Positions 8,242-18,336 of a stretch of 64,000 nucleotides of DNA are shown piece by piece; positions within the stretch are counted from its first letter, which is position 1; every line of letters begins with the position of its first letter. Source of the DNA: Sphaerodactylus townsendi (Eukaryota); contig NC_059439.1 of assembly GCF_021028975.2 (NCBI RefSeq), positions 22,258,001-22,322,000 on the forward strand, in the 5' to 3' direction. Under the pieces are notes generated by a model. The model ran no database searches. It saw only the letters and a program-made list of their open reading frames with translations, and was not told the origin of the DNA. Made by a program: the position numbers and the translations under genes.

Positions 8242-10542
8242 TTAAACTAAGATGGAGGCGGCTTGAAGCAGGTCCCATCGGTATCCTAGGGAGCACGTAC
8301 GAGCTGTGTCCCGTTTAAGGCGGATGCTGTAATGGGCGAAGCCTTTCAAGGCATTGGCACACATAATCAGAAGGAGAAAAACTTTAATTGAAGCACAAGA
8401 GCATAGCTTAGAAGCAATGGAAAAATCCCTCTTATGAGGGGAGAACTTTAGGGGTCTCTTGAAAGGGGGCAAGACATACAGAACATACATAGGCATACAG
8501 AGCACATATAAAGTAACGAGGAGGATTGCAACTCTGATTTGAGATCTTGCTCTCTCTGAGGTACTGACGATTTTGCTGCCGCTGGGAGCTTTGAGCTTAG
8601 GGCTTTGCACAGGCTCAGAGGCTATGAGATCTGGTTTGAACCTTACAGCTGGAGAGGGCCAAGGGGGCTTCTTCTTCACGAAGGACTTTTGGCTTAAGGC
8701 CATTGTGCGAGCATCTTCCCCTTTCCATGCCTCATTGTCCTGTAGATTGGCTATGGGGCATTCTGAGGAGGGTTCAAAACGGTAGTCCTCTTCCGTCAGC
8801 ATTTCTTTCTGTTGCAATTCAGTGACTGTGGACTCTGCAGAGATTTTGAAATGCGTGCCATTCTGGGGCACTGGCGGAGGCATGGTGACTTTGGAAGTAG
8901 AAGGGGTTAGCAGAGCAGGAAGTATAGACGTAGGGGGGGAGCAAGCTGGCAAGACCAGCCCAATGGTCTCCGTGGGGATGGGATCACTATACTGAGCTGG
9001 GGCAGCGAAGATCTCATGGGGGAGCTCCGGGGGAAGGGTTTGAGGTGCGGATCTTGGTTCCGGGCTGGGGAGATGCCCGGGCACGGGCCTCCCCAGCGGG
9101 CATTGGGAGCGCCCGGTCTTAGACTTTCCTGGGGGTCTTCGCCCTCTGGGGAGAGACCCTCCTCCGTCAGGGTTGTAGGCCCCCCCGCCGGGCAGCCTAC
9201 AATTCCTCCGGAAATGTCCTGGCTTGCCGCAATTGAGACACTCGTCTCGGGGCTGTCTCATGGCAGCGGAGAGGGCGGCGGCTAGAAGGCTGGCTTGATG
9301 GGCGAAAGACCCGATATCCTGGCAAGCTTTGAGCATGTCGGCCAGCTCGGGGTTCCTTCCTAGGCCTGTGATCGCTTTGCGGCACTCAGCGGAGGCGTTC
9401 TCCTTGGCAAGGCGCTTAAGGAGTTCGCCCTGGGCCTCCTCGTTGTCAACCTGCCTCTTGAGGGCCTCCTGGAGCCTGTTCACAAACTCAGCATAGGGCT
9501 CTTGAGGCTTCTGCCGGGTGCTAGAAAAACTTTGGGTTGGCTGTCCGGTATTGGGGACTTTCAAAAACGCCTTGTAGGCGCATTCAGAGGCGACCGTAAG
9601 GGTGGCCACCGGCAGGACAATCTGATTGTTGGGGTTACTGAAGGCATCAAAGCCGTAAAGCTGTGCGGCGGTGTAGGCGCCGCCGGAGGCGGCTGCCTTG
9701 CTAAAGCATTGCTGGCGGAACTCGCTCTCCCAGATCACAAATTGTGCAGGGCTCAGGAGCATGCGGAAGGTGGTCTTCCAGTCGTCCGGAACCATTAAGT
9801 GATTCCTCGCGATTGCCTCTAGCATGCCTCTCACGTAGGGGCTAGTGATTCCTACGTCTCGCATCGCTTTGCGGAGCTCAGTGAGGATGTTATAGCTTAA
9901 GGGGCGGTACTCGACAACCCGCCGAACAATGCCACCCTCCCCCTCGGTATCTGTGAAGTGGACGGGGCACAATGCGAGAATATCGGCATCGTCTTCCGTT
10001 AGGGTTTCTTTCTTTTGCAGATCGTGGCTAATACGCTCTGCGAGAGTTTTGAAACCCGCGCCATTACGCGGCGCTGACGGAGGTGCGGTGGCTTCGGAAA
10101 ATGAAGGCGGAGCAAGGGGAGGGGGCGGCTGAGCCGCGGGAGAATTTGAAATGGGCGGAGGAGCAAGGGGGGCAGAAGGAGGACAGGCGTCCAATTTAGT
10201 GGATAGAGAAAATTCCGGGGCTGAAATTGAAGGTGAAAGATCGAAAGGAGGGCGGCCTATAGCAAGGGAGCCACAGGTCTGCAGGCTGATGGCGACATAG
10301 CATTGTCTCCATGTCAGTAGCCGTGACATCGGCGTGCGAGGCTCTGTGCGAAGAGTGCGCCCGATGTTTTCCCAGTCCTTAAGATTCAATGTCCCCCCCT
10401 CGGGGTACCATGGACACTGAGCTTCAATCTCCTCAACCAGTTTGCGCAGCTCCCCTCTCTTTATGGAGACCCTGCCGCATTTCGCTAACGCTTTCAGTTC
10501 GTTAACGTGCTTGTCATAAGCCCTGCTTTTGCAAGCTCCCAT
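8242..10542 (-). CDS. gag: Betaretrovirus-type Gag (MA, PSAP late domains, CA, single-knuckle NC) with ~310-aa C-terminal extension, 766 aa
   Basis: MGACKS myristoylation start; CPWYPEGGTLNLKDWENIG beta-type matrix motif; two PSAP motifs; MHR TRQKPQEPYAEFVNRL; ENASAEC; CLNCGKPGHFRRNC CCHC knuckle; ORF uninterrupted to TAA at 8242. Confidence 0.95.
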   Translation of the reverse strand: MGACKSRAYDKHVNELKALAKCGRVSIKRGELRKLVEEIEAQCPWYPEGGTLNLKDWENIGRTLRTEPRTPMSRLLTWRQCYVAISLQTCGSLAIGRPPFDLSPSISAPEFSLSTKLDACPPSAPLAPPPISNSPAAQPPPPLAPPSFSEATAPPSAPRNGAGFKTLAERISHDLQKKETLTEDDADILALCPVHFTDTEGEGGIVRRVVEYRPLSYNILTELRKAMRDVGITSPYVRGMLEAIARNHLMVPDDWKTTFRMLLSPAQFVIWESEFRQQCFSKAAASGGAYTAAQLYGFDAFSNPNNQIVLPVATLTVASECAYKAFLKVPNTGQPTQSFSSTRQKPQEPYAEFVNRLQEALKRQVDNEEAQGELLKRLAKENASAECRKAITGLGRNPELADMLKACQDIGSFAHQASLLAAALSAAMRQPRDECLNCGKPGHFRRNCRLPGGGAYNPDGGGSLPRGRRPPGKSKTGRSQCPLGRPVPGHLPSPEPRSAPQTLPPELPHEIFAAPAQYSDPIPTETIGLVLPACSPPTSILPALLTPSTSKVTMPPPVPQNGTHFKISAESTVTELQQKEMLTEEDYRFEPSSECPIANLQDNEAWKGEDARTMALSQKSFVKKKPPWPSPAVRFKPDLIASEPVQSPKLKAPSGSKIVSTSERARSQIRVAILLVTLYVLCMPMYVLYVLPPFKRPLKFSPHKRDFSIASKLCSCASIKVFLLLIMCANALKGFAHYSIRLKRDTARTCSLGYRWDLLQAASILV

Positions 10543-10549
10543 ACTCACC
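10543..10549 (-). promoter_or_regulatory. Major splice donor directly before the gag ATG
   Basis: Minus strand CCG|GTGAGT-ATGGGA matches the donor consensus. Confidence 0.75.
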
Positions 10550-10571
10550 GGTGTTCCGTCGGACGAGAGAG

Positions 10572-10670
10572 TGTCCTAGGACGCGAGTCTCTGGATGCGC
10601 CGATCCAGAGGACAGGCGATACCGAAACGGAGGTCCCTGGATGCGCCGATCCAGCGGACTTCGGTATCGC
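10572..10670 (-). promoter_or_regulatory. Twin leader stem-loops (candidate packaging/dimerisation signal)
   Basis: CTGGAT-GCGCCG-ATCCAG hairpin occurs twice; the second is closed by an 11-bp stem GCGATACCGAA/TTCGGTATCGC; 10-bp palindrome GTCCTAGGAC at 10573-10582. Confidence 0.6.
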
Positions 10671-10714
10671 GGCCCTTTCCCAGGCGACGGTGAGCAGGGT
10701 GGAGGTTCGAGGAT

Positions 10715-10732
10715 TCCCGGGTTTCGGCACCA
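10715..10732 (-). promoter_or_regulatory. Primer binding site, tRNA-Phe
   Basis: TGGTGCCGAAACCCGGGA, 3 nt downstream of the 5' LTR; 18/18 complement of the vertebrate tRNA-Phe(GAA) 3' end TCCCGGGTTTCGGCACCA. Confidence 0.93.
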
Positions 10733-10735
10733 GCT

Positions 10736-11182
10736 TGTAGTCGAGCCACGTGGTCAGCGCAAGAACGAGACGAGACGCGGAGATAACATCTGGTGGAGAT
10801 CGCCAGCAGCGGGAGCGCGGAGGTCCGTGTTCCTAGCGAATCTCCCGCGTGCTGGTTCCTGGCACCTTTTATTATGATTCTAATGGGGGCGTGTAGAGGG
10901 GCGGGACGGGAGAGTCCGGGAGAGCGGGAGATCATCATGTGATGCATGATCTCACCTGGCTGCTACGTGCGGAGAAGAGCGTAAGCGTCTGGGCCTAATC
11001 CTCACCTGGGGGCAGATCATTGTCCCTTTGTCTGGGACGCCCGGTGACTGAGCCAGATAGTTCATGACCCGTGACTCATACGGGGTTGAGGAGTGGGGGT
11101 GCGGTGCGACCAGAAGGCCGTAGGTCCGTTGGTGTGCCAACGTTCTACCACGGTGCTGCTGGGTCAGCAGTGCATTACTACA
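10736..11182 (-). repeat. 5' LTR (447 bp)
   Basis: Identical to the 3' LTR except 10828/6044, 10837/6053 and one missing CGGGAGAG unit. Confidence 0.97.
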
Positions 11183-12172
11183 AAAACTTCATCGGATAGG
11201 TTTTTGTGAAATTCATTCGTTCAGTTCCCTATACTTTCTGAAAAAAGGGCAAACCCTCATCTCCAAAATGGTGGTCTCCATGTATGAGAAATATAGCTGC
11301 TGTTTGTATTTCTTCAGCATCTAGATTGTGCTAGGCGCTGAAATGATGTGCGTTGTTCCAATTTAACATTTTTTGCTGTGAATGATGCTTACATTTCAAC
11401 TATACTTTTTATTCATATTTTTCATAAGTAGAAGCACAAGTCGCTGTTTTCTCCCCGGGTCACCGAGAGTTCACCAAATGCTGATAGACTGTGTTCTGTA
11501 TTAATGGTGCTCAGCTAACGGCCTCCCAATTCTGCCAGATCCTTTTATTTAAAGAAATAGCTCTGTATTTCACGGGAAAATATTTTGCAAAGCTTTCCCT
11601 GCTGATAATTTGTCTGGGAGGAAAGACAGGTTTAATTATTTATATTGACTGGGAAAGTTGGGTATTAGATGCGTTCAATAAGATCTGTGCTTTTGTTTAT
11701 ATAGAAATATATGGAGGGAGATGAATACCCAGATCATTGAAAAAGCAGATTTCTTGTTATTGAATCGAATATAAGCAAGTAGCTTTTCTTTAGATAATTA
11801 TAAAATTTGGAGCATGACATAGAAGGTGGATAGCTATAGTTCATGGCTCAAAGGCTATTTAGTTCTTCTAAAAATGATAGCTATGCCTTTACTGTAGCAC
11901 AAGGTACAAAGAACTGGACTTTCATCAGGAATACATGTTGTATTTCAGCCTCACTTCCTGCAGTTTAATATTGTAAAAGCTTGTATATGGCTTGAATGTT
12001 GAACCTGCTATGGTTCTGCACTCCCCTATTTTTGGACAGACACAAAGTGGAACCCATATGCAACCTTTTTTGCCATTTCCAAGACAATCCATCGGTGGAA
12101 AGTGGTGATTCACTGATAAGTCATACATGCAAGGGAGTGAGAATACTTGTAGAAGGGCTGTGGTTCAGAGTG

Positions 12173-12330
12173 GAGCCATAGCTCAGTATTAGTGTATTTG
12201 ATATGCATGCAAAAGGTTCCAGGTTCAATTCCCAGCATCTGCTGCTCAAAAGATCCATTTGTAGATGATGTGAAAGACCTCAACCATGAAACCCTGGAGA
12301 GCCACTGCCATTCTGACAAGATAATACTGT
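12173..12330 (+). mobile_element. Old tRNA-derived SINE (similar copy ~17250-17350)
   Basis: AGCTCAGT A-box-like and GGTTCAATTCCCAGCATCT B-box-like motifs. Confidence 0.6.
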
Positions 12331-12780
12331 CCTTAATAGGAGCAGATAGTACTCCTTTCTAGATACACTATTATAATGGTAAAAATTCTGAGTGCTCAAC
12401 TATACAAAATACAGGGAGTTCCATAAATGGAGTTCCCAGTGTACTCTTTCCCCCCCAATTATCAGGTTTGTGAGGCATGGATCAATGTTCTGAAATGAAC
12501 TTGGTTGGAGCATTTCCACTGTTGAAGAGTGACTGTAACAGAACTGGGTGAAACACCTTGGAGAAATTCTATTACTCTTTTGACTTCTACATTCACCCCA
12601 TTGTATTTTGCTGGTGACAACAACGTAGAGATATGAGAAACTTCTTAGACACTGGTCATCAAACTCTTTTGACTTTTCCTGGATTTCCTAGAAGTGCCTT
12701 TGGAAAACCTCCCAATATTTTTTTTTCTTTAGACAAAATTCTGGTAGGGAAAAACTCTGAACAGATAGGTATGAAAAAGC

Positions 12781-12974
12781 CAGAGGCGGAGTGAGGGGAA
12801 ACTGCGTCAGGGGTGCGTATGCACCCTGCACCCCTGGCATGCCGTTGCCTGCCCTCGCCTCACCTCGGAACGCCCTCGGAATTCCCCCACCCCCTCGATG
12901 GCCCAGCCACGCCTCCGCCGCTGCTTTGCCTGGGGCTTCACGCCCCACCCTGCCCCCTGGGTACTACGCCACTG
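12781..12974. mobile_element. hAT-type non-autonomous transposon
   Basis: 8-bp TSD GAAAAAGC both sides; ends CAGAGGCG / CGCCACTG; GC-rich body. Confidence 0.8.
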
Positions 12975-13759
12975 GAAAAAGCAGTATCCTTCCTTCTCAG
13001 TTTGTTTCAGCCAACTGTCATTTCTGGGATATTCTTGTTTCAAACTTGATGTGGTTCTTTTTTTATTTTTATTTTCAATGGGGAAGGAGAGGAGGACATA
13101 TTATGCTTTGACAAACAAAAGGCAGCAGAGGAAGCAAAGTTGAATCTGGTCTTTACACACCCACTGCCTCCTCAGTGATGGGAGCAATTTATGAAGCTAA
13201 CAAAATACTCCCAATAAAATGGAAAGATTGGGAACATAAAATGTGCAGTAATCTGCAGTTAAACAAAATGACTACTACAGCTACAACTTGCTAGTTTTTA
13301 GTAGGACATTTAACAACAACAACCCTTACGGAACGACGCACAAATTTCTAGAACTAACTGTTCCATTAAGTCTTTTTAACCAGCTGCTTTACAACAAGCA
13401 ACTTAAGTCAATTAAGAACTGGCTTCTGCAGCTGTTATGTTGGCCGTGCATGAAGGAGGGGGGACCCTTTGCAAGCTCCAGAAACAGGATTTTTTTTGCT
13501 TTAGACAAGAGTTGCCAGCTGATAGGTGGAGCCTGGAGATTTCCTGAAATTACACCTGATCTCCATCCTACAAATATTCCTCAGGAAGAAACAGCAGCTT
13601 TAGTGGGTGGCCTCTTTGGTATCACATCTCCACTGAGCTCCTTCCTCTTTGTTCCTCACTGACCGCCCATAAACCTCCAGGAATTTCCCAACCTGGAGTT
13701 GGGAAGCCAACTTATACTACTTGGTTTTGAAAACAGCTAAACAGCCATCACAGCGCTTC

Positions 13760-13816
13760 AGAGTCCCTCCCACAGAGGACTCCCACAGAGTCCCTCCCAC
13801 AGAGTCCCTCCCACAT
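13760..13816. repeat. Minisatellite (AGAGTCCCTCCCAC) about 4 copies
   Basis: Direct inspection. Confidence 0.8.
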
Positions 13817-13979
13817 TTTGAGTTTCAAGGATGCTTGAAGGCCAGGGCTGCAACCCAAAAGCTTTCCAAGAGCTAGTGTTCTGCTTTGGAGTACTAGAAG
13901 GCTAAGTGGTCGCGGAAGCCTCAATTATAAAATAAAAGCATAAAAACCTCAAGGGAGTTTGTTGGGTGTGGACTTAGGG

Positions 13980-14125
13980 CAGTGGTGGCAAACCTTTGGC
14001 ACTCCAGATGTTATGGACCACAATTCCCATCAGCCCCTTCCAGAATGGCCAATTGGCCATGCTGGAAGGGGCTGATGGGAATTGTAGTCCATAACATCTG
14101 GAGTGCCAAAGGTTCGCCACCACGG
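13980..14125. mobile_element. Palindromic hAT MITE
   Basis: 8-bp TSD ACTTAGGG; almost fully self-complementary with CAGTGGTGGCAAACC / GGTTCGCCACCACGG ends. Confidence 0.88.
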
Positions 14126-15569
14126 ACTTAGGGTGTCAAGGCCACTTCTACTTTCAGTTCTCTTAGAATACACTTACTAGGGACCAAGTCCTATTGGACG
14201 CAATAGGATTTATTATTCTGTATGTATGTTTAGGATTGCATTAATTTACAGGGCTCTTCTGAGAAGAAAATAAAACAGCCTCTCCATAGTATTTAATTAG
14301 AGAGTCAACATTCCTTATTTTCCCTCCTCTTAAAATGATAGTGGCGTCTTCCCTTAAGTTGTAAGATGGGAGATATTTTTCAGAGATAGGTGTAATTGTT
14401 TTCTTCACTGGCATGATGTTTCGCTTGGGATTCCTGAAAGTGGTAAAGAAGAGGCAAAAATATGCAAAGGTCTGGTGAAACTGGAGATATAATTTTACTG
14501 CATCATGAATTAAAAAAAATAATTAAGGTGCTGTGAAATATGGCCGAGAAATCTTTAGATTGTCAAGAGATATTCACCTGGTACAAATTAGCAAAGATCT
14601 CTGTACTGAGAAAGGTGACTGTGATGCACAGGCTAGGTTCTGCCTCTCTCTAAGAATGACCAATAAGAGCTGAGGGAATGTTTGGGAGAGACACTTGGAA
14701 AACAGCAGTGAAGAACAGGAGTCGGCAGTTGGCATCTGGGGAGTGGAGGGGAAAAGTAGGATGTCTTACTGAGTGAAACTGTGGCAAACAGCTGCTTATA
14801 GTTGGTTGACAGAAAATGTCCTAAATCAGTTCACTTTGGTTCACTCAGTCCCAGAATTGCAGTGTTTAACGTTCCATTTCTTGTTTTATTTCTCATTTTA
14901 TGACTTCAAGCTTACCTTAATTCATACTTCTCACATTCCATGTTACTATTGTATGCATCAAACAGCTTTGGACTTTACGTATGCATCCATTCATGTCAAC
15001 AACTGAACATCCTTTTGGCTTTAGTCCAATTGTGTCATTAAGAATAGTGTTACTCATACTTGTTTTCAGCTCTTTCTCAATAGCCTTCTGACTTCATGTT
15101 AGATTATCTCATCATAGGGTTTTCAAGGTAAGAGTTGGTCAGATGTGGTTCACCATTGCTTTCTTCTGCTCAGTACTAACCAGAGTTCACTGTGGTGGTG
15201 CTATCATTCTGTTTGAAATATCCTCTGCCAGTGTCACCTTTCGCTACTGCTGCTGTCCAGTAGCTATCCTTCAAGGATTCCTCTGCCCCTACCACCAATG
15301 AAGCTGTCTGTTCTGTTCTGCTGATGTGGCTATTGATCCCTGAAGGGGGTGGATGCAACTTAGTCTGATGTCTCAGCTGGGACCGTTCTACCTTGAATGA
15401 CTCGGTTAGGTGTTTAGCCTGTGGACAGAGATTAGGCCACTTATGGTATTGTTCTTAGCTTTACTGATACACACTGATCTCCTCACCACATTAAGACATG
15501 TGTCCAAGACGGGACCATAAGCATAGATAGCTTTACAAGCAGGTTAGACAGATACCTGGAGGAGAGGTT

Positions 15570-16335
15570 AATCTATTACAGACCCCCAATCCATACTGAA
15601 GAATCAGATGATGTCTTCCTGGAACAGATGACCAAACTTTCAGAAGTAGTAGTATTAGGGAATTTTCACTTATCCTCATAATTGTTGGTAGTCAAACTCT
15701 GCCAAGACTATAAGGTCCAACAGATTCCTCACATGTCTTGCAGACAATTTCATGGTCCAGAAGGTGGAAGAGGCAACAAAGGGATCGGCTATTTTAGATC
15801 TGCTCCTAACCACCAATGGAATATAGTGTCTAGATCGAGAGATGTAATAGTACCTCTCTGTTCTGCACTGGCCAAACCTCACCTGCAATATTGTGTTCAG
15901 TTCTAGGTACCACAATTCAAGAAGTATATTGATCAGCTGGAACTGGTCCAGAGGAGAGTGACCAAAATGGTAAAAGGTCTGAATTCCATGGCCTATGAGA
16001 ATGAGTTTAGGGAGCTAAGTATGCTTAGCCATGTTTAAATATTTGAAGGAATGTTATGTTGAAGAGGGAGCAAGCTTGTTTTCTGCTGCTCCTGAGACTA
16101 GGACGTGGATTCAAGATACAGGAAAAGAGATTCCACATAAACATTAGGCAGAACTTCCTGACAGTGAGGGCTGTTCAACAGTGGAATACACTGCCTCGGA
16201 GTGTGGTGGAGTCTCCTTCTTTGGAGGATTTTAAACAGAGTCTGGATGGTCATCTGTCAGGAATGCTTTGATTGTGTCTTCTTGTACGGCAGTGGGTTGG
16301 ACTTGATGGCCCTTGTAGTCTTTTCCAACTCTATG
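15570..16335 (+). mobile_element. Decayed, internally deleted CR1 LINE fragment
   Basis: Translates to [18 protein letters not shown] and RFHINIRQNFLTVRAVQQWNTLPRSVVESPSLE; (TTCTA)n tail. Confidence 0.85.
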
Positions 16336-16528
16336 ATTTATTCTATTCTATTCAAGGCAACCTATGTCATGGAATGCCAAAAGGCACCCTCAGAGAAAGG
16401 CCTTGGCCTGTTAGCCCTGTTTGTTGGATCTTCAGGGCTACTGGTTAGCCACTTTGTAAAACAGTTTGCTGGACTACATGGACCACTTATCTGATCCAAT
16501 AGCCTCTATTTAGGTCCTTGTGGAGATA

Positions 16529-16773
16529 CCATGTTTCCCTGAAAATAAGACAGTGTCTTATATTAATTTTTGCTCCCAAAGATGCACTATGTCTTATTTT
16601 CAGGGGATGTCTTATTTTTCCGCTCCACAGCTGCATGCTCTGGTCAACAGGCATGCTTCCAAACAAAAACTTTGCAACGTCTTACTTTCGGGGGATGCTT
16701 TAAATTTAGCACTTCAGCAAAACCTCTACTACCTCTTATTTTCAGGGGATGTCTTATTTTCGGGGAAACAGGG
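16529..16773. mobile_element. Tc1/mariner (Tigger/pogo-like) MITE
   Basis: TA TSD; TIR CCATGTTTCCCTGAAAATAAGAC / GTCTTATTTTCGGGGAAACAGGG; internal repeats TCTTATTTTCAGGGGATG. Confidence 0.8.
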
Positions 16774-17929
16774 TACAGTTGGGTGAAGCAGTCTGAATGT
16801 TGGCTTTCAGTTCAAGTTCAAGGTTAACCTCTCCATTCAGCATTGAGTCGCCTTCCTTAAAACTCTGTTTATGAGTTCATTAGTGTAGAAATGAGTTTTT
16901 GCCCATGTGGATCCCTTGAATGAATGAAAGTGAAGTACGAAGCCAGGGAGGCAGTCTCTGTGTAATTTATAGGTTTCATTCATCCAGGATATGGTCTGTG
17001 TGCCCTGGAATCCACATACATTCACTGTCAAGATGTCACGGCCACTGAATGCTCAAAGGCAAGGGTGGGACCACTTAATGTGATCCCAGTTCCCTCTCCT
17101 TGCTCCATGTTTCCATTTCTAAGGTCTTAAGTCATTGTTTCTCATGCTAACTTAACTGGGGGCCAGAATCATGACCTGGAATTTCCCCCCACAACTCTCA
17201 TGATGTTTATAGGAAAGACATTGAGTTGCATGGGTTACATTTTCCAGGAGGGGTTGTGGCTCAGTAGTAGAACACCTGCTTTGCATGTAGAAAGTTTCAA
17301 GTTCAATCCCTGGCATCTCCAGACAGCTAGTGTTGGGAAAGATTTTTCTCTGCTTGAGTTAAGGGATGTATGAATGCCTTGCTTGTTTCTGTTGTGGGTC
17401 TGTTTTGTTTCACTCACTTTTGTCACTGGCATTTCCAGTATGTTTGTCATTCATCCAGCATTTGAGTACACCGCTTAAGTGCAACCGATAGCAAAACAAG
17501 TTTTAATGGTTCTACCCAGTTTCATTAGTAAGGTCAGGAAAAGAGATGAATATAGTTCCATCTTGAGCAGCTAGAACTCACAGAAGAAACTGAATTTTTT
17601 AAACAAATTATTTCACAAAAATTTGCTAGTAGAGATCCTGGGAGACCACTGGCAGTATGACAGGATTAAGCTAGATGAACCCATAGCATGACTCAGTATA
17701 ATTTAGTTTTGTATGCTCAGATGAATTCCCTCATGGTAACAAATCTCATAATAGAAAATAACATGTGCGTAGCCCTTTTCAAGCCCTTACATTTTTGGCA
17801 CTCTTGTTTTGCATAATGAGAGAGTGCAGTATCCACAATCCTTCCAATATGTGCGCTTGCCATTTTATGTGGACAGAGCAACGTGCTATGCACTTGGAAA
17901 TCAGTGCAAGGCTTTTTGATGCCCTAGGC

Positions 17930-18336
17930 CAGTGATGGCGAACCTTTTTGAGACCGAGTGCCCAAATTACAACCCAAAACCCACTTATTTATCGCAAAGT
18001 GCCAACATGGCAATTTAACCTGAATACTGAAGTTTTACTTTAGAAAAAACAGTTGGCTCCGAGGTGCATGTTACTCAGGAGTAAGCTTGGTGAAGTAATT
18101 GTGCTATACTTCGAATGGGTGAATCGCGACCCTGGGAGGGTTTACTCAGAAGCAAGCCCCATTGCCAGCAACTGAGCTTACTCCCAGGTAAAGGATCATG
18201 CCCAGGCCAGCCTAGGTGTGTGTGGGGAGGGGATGATTTTCTGCCCCCCCCACATGATGAACTCTGTGCACGCGTGCCCACAGAAAGGGCTCTGAGTGCC
18301 ACCTCTGGCACCCGTGCCATAGGTTCGCCACCGCTG
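17930..18336. mobile_element. hAT (Charlie-like) non-autonomous transposon
   Basis: 8-bp TSD CCCTAGGC; TIR CAGTGATGGCGAACC / GGTTCGCCACCGCTG. Confidence 0.88.

Larger units (their letters stand above)
5952..11182 (-). mobile_element. Endogenous retrovirus provirus, class II (beta-like gag), pol-less / non-autonomous, 5231 bp
   Basis: TSD AAAACT at 5946-5951 and 11183-11188; paired LTRs with TGTAGT...ACTACA ends; PBS, PPT, gag and env-TM ORFs in the correct order on the minus strand. Confidence 0.97.

Noticed and set aside
7535-8296. 253-aa minus-strand ORF between gag and env as an accessory gene
   Set aside because: Low-complexity Ser/Pro-rich sequence in GC-rich DNA with no clear domain; more likely pol debris. 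Cannot be fully excluded.
10700-10732. tRNA gene
   Set aside because: Only the 3' 18 nt match tRNA-Phe; this is the retroviral PBS.
10952-11140. 62-aa ORF present identically in both LTRs (also 6176-6364)
   Set aside because: Identity simply reflects LTR duplication; non-ATG start, no recognisable domain (not Sag-like).
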